Part shown: piece by piece, positions 22,854 to 32,396 of the stretch
Layout of the letters: the number at the start of each line of letters is the position of its first letter
Numbering within the stretch: the first letter of the stretch is position 1
Assembly: GCA_963848295.1 (NCBI GenBank)
Contig: CAWKDB010000010.1
Coordinates: 4,672,001-4,736,000, forward strand
From: an uncultured delta proteobacterium
Lineage (GTDB): Bacteria; Myxococcota_A; Polyangia; Haliangiales; Haliangiaceae
Length of the DNA stretch: 64,000 nt
Reading direction: 5' to 3'
Notes under the pieces: generated by a model
Told to the model about the DNA's origin: nothing
Seen by the model: the letters and a program-made list of their open reading frames with translations, nothing else
Databases searched by the model: none
Position numbers and translations under genes: made by a program

Positions 22854-25100
22854 ATGATCGTTCGTTCCACCGTCGTGCTCGTCACGTTCGCAAGCCTCGT
22901 CTCCTGCGGCAAGAGCGGCAAGGACTCCGCCGGCAAGGTGGTCGAGCCGACCGCGCCGGCTCCCCCCGCGATCCCGTCGAACAAAGCGGTCACGGCATCG
23001 CCGACTCCCGGGCCGGCCGAGGCCGCTGCGGCACCGCCCGCCGCGAAGCGCGACGGCCGCGAGGTCTACTCGTTGATCGATAACCGGCTCGCCGCGCACA
23101 TCAGCCGCGGCGGTGGCTTGCTCGTCGAGGCCGGTTCGGCCGGCTTCGAGAAGTACCAACGGCTCGGCAACATCATGAAGGGGTGGAAGCGGCGATGGGA
23201 GCTGCGCCAGACCGAAGGTGAGGTCAAGGTCGCGCGCATCGTCGGCAAGACCGCCTCGATCCACGTGCCGCTGACCGAAGCGCAAGCGAAGCAGGGCAGC
23301 GTCCGGATCCGCGCGTTCGCGAACGCCGACGAGACGTTGAGCCTCAAGGTCAACGACAACCGAGACATCAACGGCAAGCTGTCGAAAGGCTGGTCGACGC
23401 TCGACCTCGCGGTGCCGGCCGGTCAGCTCGGCGAAGGCGAGAACACGCTCGCGCTGTTCGCGAAGTCGTCCGGCTTGGAGATCGCGTGGCTGCAAGTCGG
23501 CGGCGAGACCGCGCCGCCCGATGACGGCGCGGAGAAGTTCTACGATGCGAGCTCCAAGAGCCTCGTGATCCCGAAGGATGGCGCGATGACCTGGTTCGTC
23601 GCGGTGCCCGACAAGGCCAAGCTCGTCGCCGACGTGCCGGATGCCGGGTGCACGATCGCGGTGACCACCGTCGGTGAAGCTGGCCACGCCGGCCCGACGG
23701 GCAAGCTATCCGGCGCTGGCGCGACGCTCGATCTCGCGGCGCTCGCGGGCCAGCCGGCTCGCATCGAGCTGACCGCGACCGGGTGCGCGGAAGCACACCT
23801 AGCGAGCGCCGGGCTCGAGATTCCGGGCCCAGCCCCGACGTTCACGCGCGGTCCGGCGCCAAAGCACGTCGTGTTCATCGTGATGGACGCGCTGCGCGCT
23901 GATCGCATCCGTGCGTTCAACCCCAAGGCGCGACCCGAGACGCCGAACTGGGACAAGCTCGCCGAGTCGTCGACGCTGTTCGTCAACACCTACGTGCAAG
24001 GCAACGAGTCCCAGGTCTCGCACGCGGCGATCTGGAGCTCGAACTACCTCGCGAAGCACAAGGCGATCGAGATGCACGATCATCTCGCCGACAAGTGGGT
24101 GACGATCGACGAGGTCGCGAAGAAAGCCGGGATGTTCGTCGCCGGCGCGTCGGGCAACGGTTACATCCGCCCGTCGCGCGGGTTTGGCTCGGGCTGGGAC
24201 GTGTTCGTCAACCACATCGAGAAGGGGCTCGGGCTGCGCGGCGCCGACATCATGGACAAGGGGCTGTCGTTCATCGCGCCGAAGAAGGACCAGCCGTGGT
24301 TCGTCTATCTCGGCTTCATCGACACGCACGTGACGTGGCGCGCGAAGCAGCCGTGGATGGCGAAGTACGACGGCGGCTACAAGGGCCGGTTCCAGACCGA
24401 ATACGGCGACGACGGCCCGAACGGCAGCGATGGCAAGGGGCTGTCCGAGGCCGAGCACGATCACGTGCGCGCGCTGTACGACTCGAACGTGAGCTACCAA
24501 GACGATCTGCTCGGTCAGCTGGTCGAGAAGCTGAAGGCGTGGGGCGTGTGGGATCAGACGATGCTGATCGTCGTCGCGGACCACGGCGACGAACAATGGG
24601 AAGACGGTCGGGTCGGTCACGGTGGCAGCGAGCGCGAGACGCTGCTCCACGTGCCGCTGCTCATCCACTACCCGCCGCAGTTTCCGGCGGGCAAGGTGCT
24701 CGAAGGTACCGAGGCGATCGACATCGTGCCGACGCTCGCCGACGCGCTCGGCGTCGCGAACGATCCCGAGTGGCAGGGCGCTACGCTGATGCCGGTCGCG
24801 AACGGCGCCGGCGGCTATCCACTGATGTCATTCTCGTCGCAGTACGAGAACGCACACGCCGGTCGGATCGGCCACTGGAAGCTGAAGCTCGTCGGCACTG
24901 GCGCGCCGAAGCTGTACGACCTCGCGACCGACGGCGACGAGCACAAGGACCTGTGGGCCGACAAGGCGGCCGAGGTCGGAGCGCGAACGCTCCTCGATCC
25001 GATGCTCGAGCTACGGCAATGGAACGTCGAGTGGAAAAAGTCGCAGTGGGGCAACGCCGCTGACGTCTCGAACCGCTTCGCGTCCGACCTCGGTGAGTGA
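22854..25100 (+). CDS. Sulfatase/alkaline-phosphatase superfamily lipoprotein with N-terminal beta-rich domains
   Basis: LVSC lipobox; HVVFIVMDALRAD, ETPNWDKL, ADHGD, GHG, LHVPLLI, DIVPTL, LYDL. Confidence 0.85.
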   Translation: MIVRSTVVLVTFASLVSCGKSGKDSAGKVVEPTAPAPPAIPSNKAVTASPTPGPAEAAAAPPAAKRDGREVYSLIDNRLAAHISRGGGLLVEAGSAGFEKYQRLGNIMKGWKRRWELRQTEGEVKVARIVGKTASIHVPLTEAQAKQGSVRIRAFANADETLSLKVNDNRDINGKLSKGWSTLDLAVPAGQLGEGENTLALFAKSSGLEIAWLQVGGETAPPDDGAEKFYDASSKSLVIPKDGAMTWFVAVPDKAKLVADVPDAGCTIAVTTVGEAGHAGPTGKLSGAGATLDLAALAGQPARIELTATGCAEAHLASAGLEIPGPAPTFTRGPAPKHVVFIVMDALRADRIRAFNPKARPETPNWDKLAESSTLFVNTYVQGNESQVSHAAIWSSNYLAKHKAIEMHDHLADKWVTIDEVAKKAGMFVAGASGNGYIRPSRGFGSGWDVFVNHIEKGLGLRGADIMDKGLSFIAPKKDQPWFVYLGFIDTHVTWRAKQPWMAKYDGGYKGRFQTEYGDDGPNGSDGKGLSEAEHDHVRALYDSNVSYQDDLLGQLVEKLKAWGVWDQTMLIVVADHGDEQWEDGRVGHGGSERETLLHVPLLIHYPPQFPAGKVLEGTEAIDIVPTLADALGVANDPEWQGATLMPVANGAGGYPLMSFSSQYENAHAGRIGHWKLKLVGTGAPKLYDLATDGDEHKDLWADKAAEVGARTLLDPMLELRQWNVEWKKSQWGNAADVSNRFASDLGE

Positions 25101-25389
25101 TCCGGCGCGCCCGACCGCGGGGGCTCGGTTCGCACTCGAGCGCGAACGTGATGACGGCGCGAGCGCGACCTATGCCGCGATGATCGCGACGCCGGATGCG
25201 GTGTACCGCAGCACCGCGCTGCTGCGCGACGACGGCACGGTCGAGCTGGCGCCGACCGGCGCGCCGGGCGAGCTCGACCACCAGCTGGCAGTGCTCGCAA
25301 AGCTGACCGCGCGCTCCGCCGCGAAAAAACGTGAGGACGGCCTCCCGGCGTGGCCCGCGCGCATCCAACGTTGGCGGGGCCCGCGCTGA
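25093..25389 (+). CDS. Hypothetical protein (98 aa)
   Basis: Overlaps the sulfatase stop; ends WPARIQRWRGPR; gene-like codons. Confidence 0.6.
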   Translation: MSDPARPTAGARFALERERDDGASATYAAMIATPDAVYRSTALLRDDGTVELAPTGAPGELDHQLAVLAKLTARSAAKKREDGLPAWPARIQRWRGPR

Positions 25390-25407
25390 AGCGGGTATGG
25401 TGACGGC

Positions 25408-26007
25408 GTGGATGAACCGGCGGCGTGGCGCCAGATCGCGAAGCAGCGGGCGAAGATCGCGAACGAGCTCGTGCGGCGCGAAGCCGATCGCGGGTCGACG
25501 CTCGCGCACGACCTGCGCGGGTTCGTCCAGATCGTGAAGCTCGGCACGGCCGAGCTCGCGCGCCGAGCGATGGCGCCGGTCGACGATGGCTTCGATCTGA
25601 TCGGCGAGCTGGCTCGGGCCGCCGACCGGGTCAAGACCGCGGCGATCGAGGTGCTCGGCGAGCCGGCGGTGGTCGCGGATGCGATCGCGCCGGCGATCGA
25701 GCTGATCCGGGTCGTCGCTCCGCAGCTCGAGCTCGATGTCGATCGCGCACCCGCGCTCGAGACGACTTGCAACGCGCGCGAGCTTGCCGAGCTCGTGCTC
25801 GCCGTCGTGCTCGATCCTCCGGCGCGCGCCACCTCGCTCGCGGCGGACGCCAGGGCCGGCGCGTTCGAGCTCCGTGTCGCCTACGACGCCGCGGTCGGCG
25901 AAGATGACTTGTCGATCGCGACCGTGATCGCGCGCCGCGCCGACGGTTCGGTCGTGATCTCCGGCGCGAGCGCCGTGATCCGTATGCCGCTGCGCGCGGC
26001 TTCCTAG
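25408..26007 (+). CDS. Degenerate histidine-kinase-like protein (HisKA-type H-box, eroded ATPase domain)
   Basis: STLAHDLRGFVQIV H-box-like helix; no recognisable N/G1/G2 boxes; TATGGT 6 nt before the GTG. Confidence 0.5.
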   Translation: MDEPAAWRQIAKQRAKIANELVRREADRGSTLAHDLRGFVQIVKLGTAELARRAMAPVDDGFDLIGELARAADRVKTAAIEVLGEPAVVADAIAPAIELIRVVAPQLELDVDRAPALETTCNARELAELVLAVVLDPPARATSLAADARAGAFELRVAYDAAVGEDDLSIATVIARRADGSVVISGASAVIRMPLRAAS

Positions 26008-26807
26008 TCCTCGTCGTCGTCGTAGTACTCGACCGGCTCGTAGCGCTGCTCGCGGCTCGCCGGACAGACCGCGCGGTAGCTGCAACGATCGCAGTACGTG
26101 CCCGGATTCGGTCGCGGGCCGTCGTCGACCGCGAGGGCCGCCGCTTCGATATTGTCGAGCAGGTCGGGTACCGCCTTGTCGCGGATGACCTCGGGGGCGA
26201 TCGGCGCGCTCCATTCGACCGAGCGCTCGGCGACCCAGTGCACACCAAGCCAGATCTTGCGGACGTGGCGAAACGCGGCAGCCGCGAGCACGGCGTAGCC
26301 TTCGAGCTGGTCGCCGACCGAGCTGCCGGGGATGCGCTGTCCGGTCTTGTGATCGACCAGCGCGAGCGAGTCGTCCTCGAACAGATAGCCGAGGTCGAGG
26401 ATGCCGCGGTAGTACGCGTCGCCGGCGTAGAACTGCGTGGTCGAGAGATCCTCGCGCACCGCGAGCGAATACTCGACGAGCTGGCGCGACACCCGGCGCC
26501 GGCGGCGAAACTGCGCGAGCCGCGCCGAGAACGGCTCGATCGTCAGCGCGAGATGGTCGTAGCGCAGTTGCTCGGTCTCGTTGGGCAGCGCCGCGCGGAC
26601 CTTCGCGTTCGCCTCCGCGACGGTCGAGCCTTGCAGCGTCAGCTCGATCGCCTCGTGAATCGCCTTGCCGATCCGGGTCTCCGGCATGACCTCCGGCTCC
26701 TTGATCTTCTCGACGTAGCGAAAATGGAACAGCCGCGGGCAACGCAGCGCGGTCGCGACCTTGGAGGCCGACCACGGAGCGTGGATAAGCGCGCGCGTCG
26801 ACGGCAC
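26004..26807 (-). CDS. PD-(D/E)XK nuclease, RecB/AddB/Cas4-like with four Fe-S cysteines
   Basis: WSASK...RCP, G.AIH, GILDL, VDHKTG, QLEGYA, C-terminal CDRCSYRAVC. Confidence 0.88.
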   Translation of the reverse strand: MPSTRALIHAPWSASKVATALRCPRLFHFRYVEKIKEPEVMPETRIGKAIHEAIELTLQGSTVAEANAKVRAALPNETEQLRYDHLALTIEPFSARLAQFRRRRRVSRQLVEYSLAVREDLSTTQFYAGDAYYRGILDLGYLFEDDSLALVDHKTGQRIPGSSVGDQLEGYAVLAAAAFRHVRKIWLGVHWVAERSVEWSAPIAPEVIRDKAVPDLLDNIEAAALAVDDGPRPNPGTYCDRCSYRAVCPASREQRYEPVEYYDDDED

Positions 26808-26945
26808 AGCGTGGCCACTGTACCTCCGGGGCCGCCGCGGGCGTAGCGATCACGCGCGACGCTTCAGTAAGCGGCGGATGGCACGACCAGGCCGAAAACT
26901 TGCCGCCTCGGGCCCCGGGCCGTACCACGGATAGGCGGAGGCATC

Positions 26946-27425
26946 GTGTCGAGCTGCGAAGTCTGCAACGCCAAAGTCTCGGAGCTACGCCGTGGACGCT
27001 GCTGGGGCTGCTACGCCCGTTGGGTCGACGCTCGGCCGGTGGGGGCCGGCGCGCGCTGCGTGACGTGCACCGAGAAGCGCCGGCGCGTGTTGAAGCAGGT
27101 CGAGCTGTTCGGGGGCTGGCAGCCGATGTGCTTCAACTGCGCCGGCCAGCTGCTCGTGCTCGATCCGATGCCGACGACGCTCGTCGAGCTGCGCGACATG
27201 GTGTCGCGCGAACGCCGCAAGCTCGATCGCCGCTACGGCAAGGCCGATACCCGCGTGTTTCGGTACGAGCGTCGCGTCGGTCAGCGCCGCGAGGACGGCC
27301 GCCAGGACTTCGGCGTGATCGACGACGGCATGATCATCGAGGTCAGCTTCGAGCCGTCCGACGAAGTGTTCGAGGAGCTCACGCACATTCGCGAGCTCGT
27401 GCTCGGTAGCGTCACCGAGGGCTAA
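26946..27425 (+). CDS. Hypothetical protein with four CxxC motifs (double zinc finger)
   Basis: CEVC, CWGC, CVTC, CFNC, then Arg-rich and acidic segments; RBS GGAGG. Confidence 0.75.
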   Translation: MSSCEVCNAKVSELRRGRCWGCYARWVDARPVGAGARCVTCTEKRRRVLKQVELFGGWQPMCFNCAGQLLVLDPMPTTLVELRDMVSRERRKLDRRYGKADTRVFRYERRVGQRREDGRQDFGVIDDGMIIEVSFEPSDEVFEELTHIRELVLGSVTEG

Positions 27426-28444
27426 TCGGTGCACACCGAGGTCGCGACGAGACCCGCCGGGGTCGTCGCGAACGTCTGGGCGACGCCGTTCGTCACCGCG
27501 AGCTCGTGCCCGGTGGGCTCGTCACCGGGGATCGTCGTCGCCTTCATCGAGCCGTCGTCGCCGAGCACGCCGACGACGATCTGGCCGTTCGGGTCGAGGT
27601 AGCTGAGCCACACGCGATCGCCGTCCGCGACGAGCCGCGGCGAATGGCCGCCCGCGATCGTCGTCGCGTCGGCCATGTCGATGGTCGCCGGCGTACCGCG
27701 GGTCGTCACGATATCGTAGCCGCGCTCGAACGCGAGGACGACCTCGGTCGAGGTCGCGGCGAAGCGTGGGGCGCGGCACGCGAGCGTGGCGGATCGGGTC
27801 GCGCCGGTCGCCTCGTCGCTCGCGCTCTCGAAGTAGCACGTGTCGTCGGCGGTCGGCCACGCGACGACCGCTTCGCCGTCGAGTGCGGTCGCGGCGAGCT
27901 CGTGCGACTCTGCGGTCAGCACGGAGAGCTCGCTCGTGTGCGGCTGCCAGCTGGCGTCGAAGCTGGTCAGCAACAGCCCGCCATAGGACACGCTCGGGGC
28001 GAGCCGATCGCCGCCGGCGACGACGATCGGCGACGTTCCACTCGAGCCGTTGAGGATCGTCAGATCGCGGTACGGCGCGACGCCGAGCGGTGCACCCAGC
28101 AGGTAGGTGCCGTCGCCCGACACCGCGCCGACGACCATCGTGTCGTCGATCAGCGCGGCCGACAGCGACGTCGCCGGCCACTTCCACACGACCTCGGGGT
28201 CCCCGATCGGGGCGGCGCTCTGATCGAGGCGCTGTTGCATGACTTGGCCGCCGGGCGGCGCCCACAGCACGACCTCGCCGTCCGACACCGGCGCGATCGC
28301 GATCGCGGCACTCGGCGTCACCGCCGCGATCGTCGAGCTGGCGCAGACGTACGGTTGCACCTCTGCGCTCGGCGTCACCGACGCGCGATCCGTGCAACCT
28401 GCGAGCACCGACACACTCAACACCACGATGCGCAGTTCGCCCAT
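27422..28444 (-). CDS. Hypothetical beta-rich lipoprotein
   Basis: VLAGC lipobox; propeller-like strand pattern. Confidence 0.7.
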   Translation of the reverse strand: MGELRIVVLSVSVLAGCTDRASVTPSAEVQPYVCASSTIAAVTPSAAIAIAPVSDGEVVLWAPPGGQVMQQRLDQSAAPIGDPEVVWKWPATSLSAALIDDTMVVGAVSGDGTYLLGAPLGVAPYRDLTILNGSSGTSPIVVAGGDRLAPSVSYGGLLLTSFDASWQPHTSELSVLTAESHELAATALDGEAVVAWPTADDTCYFESASDEATGATRSATLACRAPRFAATSTEVVLAFERGYDIVTTRGTPATIDMADATTIAGGHSPRLVADGDRVWLSYLDPNGQIVVGVLGDDGSMKATTIPGDEPTGHELAVTNGVAQTFATTPAGLVATSVCTD

Positions 28445-28557
28445 CTTCCCAGTGTCGCGTGGGACGTGCCGCGAGCTCCAGTAGACGGCTCGAAATTCTA
28501 ACTGTGCGGCAGTGCGTACATTGTCAGGTCACCGTCGACAACACCGCACCGCGTCGC

Positions 28558-29769
28558 TCAGTGCCTCGGCGCGGGTGCCGGCCTCGGTGGGGGCAACGAT
28601 CTCGTCGGCGGCGTCGCGATCATCGCCGGTGGCAACGGCCTTTGTTGGCGCTCGCTCAGCGCGAATACGGCGCCGGCGAGCGCGACCGGAACGACCAATC
28701 CAACCGGCAGCACCTCGCTGAGCGACTTCCCGGTCGCGCGGATCGTCAGCTTGAACCCTTTGGCGTCCTTGTCGGCCTTGACCCGGAACGTGCCATCGCC
28801 CGTGAACCCGGTCACGACCTTGAGCAAGTCGTCGCGGTGCCTCAGCACGGCCGCGATCCGCGGATCGCTCTTGAACGACTCGAGTGCGCCGAGCGCGATC
28901 TTCGCGATGCCACGCGGCGCGATCTGAGAGGCGCGCATGAGATCGATCACACCGTCGGACAGCATGACCATCGCGTCGAACCCGTCCTTCGACGAGTCGG
29001 TCCACGACCAGCCGACGCCGTCGTGGTACAGCGCGAACGACGCCGCCTTGCAGCGCGTGAACAGATCGGCCGCGGCAGCCGAGCCGTTCGCGATCAGCGG
29101 CGTGAGGTACGAGCGCGCGCTTGGCGTCATCGCGACCATGATGGCGAACACCGGCTTGCCGGCGATCACCTCGGCCGCACCCGCGAGCGCGCCGGACCTG
29201 TGCGCCGGGGCTCTCCAGCTATCCGCGAGCCGGTCCTTGACCAGCTGCGTGCTACCGACGAGCAGGACCTTGTCCTTGGTGACGCCGATCGCTTGCTCGC
29301 CCTTCGTGGTCATCTCGCCGCTGCCGACCTTCGTCGGCGGAGCCCCCGTCAACGTCGCGAGCTTGTCGATCGTCTCGGTCGAGAACCTGCCGTGGACCGC
29401 GATGACGAACATCGGATCGTGGTTCGGCACGATCTGGAAGAACGCCGTCGCGTCGGCGATATCGTCGACGACGTCGATTCCCGACATCGCGGTCGCCAGC
29501 TTGCGGCCCTGGTCGACCTGCGTGATCGCTTCGGTCACCATCCGCGACAGCTCCGGCGACGCCTTGATCGCCGGTAGCTCGGGGAGCTGGGTCAGCGCCT
29601 TGAAGTTGTGGGGGACGAAGCTGACCGCGTCGACGTGGACGACGACGTCGGCATCGGGCATCGCGTACTGCAGCGCAGCGTCGACGGTCGGCGCCTTCGG
29701 ATTGGGCTGGAGCCCGAATCCCGAGAGCCCCATGATCAGCGAAACAATGTCGGCAATACCGAGAGCCAT
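28558..29769 (-). CDS. Hypothetical secreted/membrane-anchored protein
   Basis: 403-aa ORF with hydrophobic N- and C-terminal segments and a Pro-rich tail. Confidence 0.7.
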   Translation of the reverse strand: MALGIADIVSLIMGLSGFGLQPNPKAPTVDAALQYAMPDADVVVHVDAVSFVPHNFKALTQLPELPAIKASPELSRMVTEAITQVDQGRKLATAMSGIDVVDDIADATAFFQIVPNHDPMFVIAVHGRFSTETIDKLATLTGAPPTKVGSGEMTTKGEQAIGVTKDKVLLVGSTQLVKDRLADSWRAPAHRSGALAGAAEVIAGKPVFAIMVAMTPSARSYLTPLIANGSAAAADLFTRCKAASFALYHDGVGWSWTDSSKDGFDAMVMLSDGVIDLMRASQIAPRGIAKIALGALESFKSDPRIAAVLRHRDDLLKVVTGFTGDGTFRVKADKDAKGFKLTIRATGKSLSEVLPVGLVVPVALAGAVFALSERQQRPLPPAMIATPPTRSLPPPRPAPAPRH

Positions 29770-29951
29770 AGCGTGTCGTCGTGCATCGAGTTGCAAGAAA
29801 AATCAACTGCCGAACACCATCTCGCGCGACCGTGTCTCGTTCAGAAAAAAAATTGATGTCAAGACTGGTTCCCGGCAACACCGGCGCTAGGATGACGACG
29901 TCTTCACGGTCCACGCCTTTTTCTGGCTCTCTCTTGGGAGGTACGACGGTC

Positions 29952-30317
29952 ATGAGCACGCTTGCTGTGGTGGAAGAGATCCTTCGAGAGACCGCCGTCC
30001 CCATGTCGGTGCGAGAGATCGTGGAACGGGCGGGTAGTCGGCTTCCCAGCAAGTCAAAGACCCCAGACACGGTCGTGGCTCGCGACCTGTCGATGGATCT
30101 CAAGAAGCGCGGTGAGAGCTCGTTGTTCGCTCGGACCTCGCCCGGCCGCTATACGTTGCGTGCGCTCGCCCAGAATGCCCCCACCGAGCTCGCAGCCTCG
30201 GCGCTGCGCGGTGGCGCGCAGCCCGTTCTTGGCGCGCGCAAGCCCGCCGTTGCCGCGCAGCCCAGCAGTACCGCTCGCCCCGGCCGCGAGGCCGATGGCG
30301 GCGGATACGCCGGCTAG
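29952..30317 (+). CDS. HARE-HTH (HB1/ASXL/restriction endonuclease winged-helix) protein
   Basis: LAVVEEILRETAVPMSVREIVE...SKSKTPDTVVARDLSMD...FARTSPGRYTL; RBS GGGAGG. Confidence 0.8.
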   Translation: MSTLAVVEEILRETAVPMSVREIVERAGSRLPSKSKTPDTVVARDLSMDLKKRGESSLFARTSPGRYTLRALAQNAPTELAASALRGGAQPVLGARKPAVAAQPSSTARPGREADGGGYAG

Positions 30318-30340
30318 CGCGCCCCCGGGAGCGACGCTCG

Positions 30341-30832
30341 GTGATCCGTAGGGCCGAAGTCTCGGACTATCCCTGGGTCATCGCGACGGGCGCCGAGGCC
30401 TACAACGACCTCGGCGACTACACGCGAATCCTGCCGTCGTGGCTCGAGCAGCCCGGTGTGCTCGCGTGGATCGATCACGATGCGTCCGGCCGCGGTCGCG
30501 GCTTCGCGATGCTCGGCTTCTACATGGAGGACGCCAGCGGCAACCGTGGCGCAGGCGCACAGCAGGTCATCGCGGACTTGTTGGCACTCGCCGTGCTGCC
30601 GACGTTTCAGCGCCACGGCATCGGCTCCAAGCTGCTCGCCCACGTCATCGATGTCGCCGAGCGGGTTGCCCCGTCGAGCCACATCGGACAACTGCGCCTC
30701 ACCGTCGCCGAAGACAACGTCGGGGCGCAGCGGCTGTATGCACGGACCGGGTTCACGGTGGTCGATGGCTCGGCGACCTACGACCGCGGCCAGCGCGCGC
30801 TGCGGATGGCGCGTCCGCTCGGGCCGAGATAG
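30341..30832 (+). CDS. GNAT family N-acetyltransferase
   Basis: LAVLPTFQRHGIGSKLL acetyl-CoA motif; LTVAEDNVGAQRLYARTGF. Confidence 0.9.
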   Translation: MIRRAEVSDYPWVIATGAEAYNDLGDYTRILPSWLEQPGVLAWIDHDASGRGRGFAMLGFYMEDASGNRGAGAQQVIADLLALAVLPTFQRHGIGSKLLAHVIDVAERVAPSSHIGQLRLTVAEDNVGAQRLYARTGFTVVDGSATYDRGQRALRMARPLGPR

Positions 30833-30868
30833 CTCACTCTCTCTGGGCCGCCAGAAAATCAGGACTCG

Positions 30869-32095
30869 CTACTGAATGATCGCCCCGCACGGGAACTGCG
30901 CGTCGAGCGTCGGGTTCGTCGCATTCTTGAAGTTCGTGCACGCCTGGCCGATCAGCTGGAGCGACGTGCCGTTGACGGTCCAGTCGGTGCCGTACGTCAG
31001 CATCATGCCGTTGAACGTGACCGTGCCCTCGGACGCGTGCATCGGATCGACGTTGCCGCTGATCGTCAGGTTGCACGACAGCACGCCGTTGATGATCGCG
31101 TCGAGACCGGTCGACAGCTGCGCCGCATTATCCGCGGTGTAGTACGGCGAGCACCCCGTGCAGTTCGGATTCTGACCGGTCGCCACGCCGGTACCTGCGT
31201 TCGCGACGTCCTGCAGGTACTGGTTCGCGATGCCCGCGAGGCCGATCACGAACGTCTGGATGCCAGCGGTGTAGGCGGCTTTTACCGCGGTGATCGACGG
31301 GCCATTACCGCCGCCGCCGCCGCACGAGTTTGGCTGGCCATCGGTGGCCAACAGGATGATCGGGGGCGAGCCGGAGGGCGGCGGGGTCGCTGCGAAGTCA
31401 GCGATCGCCATATCGATCGCCGAGGCGGTCGGCGTGCTGCCGCCGTTGGGCTGGTCGTTGTTGGTCAGCGTCGCCAGCATCGCGGAGTTGTTGAGCGCGC
31501 GCCCCGTCGAGTAACCGGTGATGCCGAGCGTGCCCGGCGTGTTGCCCGACGGATCGGTGCACGGCGACTGATCGCCGGCGAACATGATCTCGCCGAAGTA
31601 GACGTTGGCCTGCGTCGCGGTGACCGCACCGGTCGCGGTGGTGGTGCCGTTGTCGGCGCCGAACAACCCGTTCTGCAGCGCCTGGAAGCGCGACGGGGTG
31701 ATGTCTTTCATCGTCATCGAGCCACTGCGATCGAGCACGAGATCGATCGAAGGCGTCGTCACCATCGGCGTGAAGTGGAGGTCGGGGCACGCGCTGTCGA
31801 TGCCGCCATCGCCGTTGTCCGGGTTCGGGTCGCACACGCCGTCGGCGGTGCAGGTGCCGTCACCGCACTGGCCGCCGCCTTGCGTGCATTGTGCGTCGCA
31901 GTGGCCGTCGGGATCGCAGTAGAAACCCGAAGGGCAGGTCGCGGCGGCACCCGGTGACGGGTCGCAGGCGATCATGCACGCCGCGGGCGGCGGGACCTCC
32001 GTGCACAAGCTCACCGCGCCGTTCTTGTTGCCGCATCCGACCAGCGCGAGGGCGGAGACGACCGACACAGCGAGAATGGCACTAGGGCGAATCAT
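30869..32095 (-). CDS. VWA-domain lipoprotein with Cys-rich N-terminus (CglB-like architecture)
   Basis: LVGC lipobox; MIDAS DRSGSM, TPT, LATDGQPN, TFVIG; RBS AAGGAG. Confidence 0.88.
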   Translation of the reverse strand: MIRPSAILAVSVVSALALVGCGNKNGAVSLCTEVPPPAACMIACDPSPGAAATCPSGFYCDPDGHCDAQCTQGGGQCGDGTCTADGVCDPNPDNGDGGIDSACPDLHFTPMVTTPSIDLVLDRSGSMTMKDITPSRFQALQNGLFGADNGTTTATGAVTATQANVYFGEIMFAGDQSPCTDPSGNTPGTLGITGYSTGRALNNSAMLATLTNNDQPNGGSTPTASAIDMAIADFAATPPPSGSPPIILLATDGQPNSCGGGGGNGPSITAVKAAYTAGIQTFVIGLAGIANQYLQDVANAGTGVATGQNPNCTGCSPYYTADNAAQLSTGLDAIINGVLSCNLTISGNVDPMHASEGTVTFNGMMLTYGTDWTVNGTSLQLIGQACTNFKNATNPTLDAQFPCGAIIQ

Positions 32096-32126
32096 CGAAG
32101 GCTCCTTGGACAATAGAGGCGTTAAC

Positions 32127-32142
32127 AGCAAGGGGCGCGCCA
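32127..32142 (-). promoter_or_regulatory. Putative sigma-54 promoter of the VWA lipoprotein gene
   Basis: TGGCGCG-CCCC-TTGCT on the minus strand, one mismatch from TGGCACG-N4-TTGC, 31 nt upstream of the ATG. Confidence 0.75.
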
Positions 32143-32396
32143 CGAGGGCGGTCTTCGCGGCGAGACCACAGTGCGAACGGATCCGCGTAGTTTCATCAGT
32201 GGGGACAACAGACCCTGGGGACTCTCTCCACCCAGACCGCGACGAATTACGGACATCCCTGCAAACGAAGTTGGCGACAACAAAGCACTCAACAGCTCGA
32301 CCTAGACTGCACAACGATCCCCAAAATAATCGTACACCCTGCGCGCGGCCGATCTGCAAGTCGATCACGCTCGGACCGAGAATTGAGTGAGCTGGG

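Noticed and set aside
21986..26807. Mini-CRISPR plus Cas4 system
   Set aside because: Only two non-palindromic repeats, one within the fdhD start; the nuclease is 4 kb away with no cas1/cas2.
28456..28472. Sigma-54 promoter for 27422-28444 (CGGCACG-TCCC-ACGC)
   Set aside because: The -12 element lacks TTGC; too weak in GC-rich DNA.
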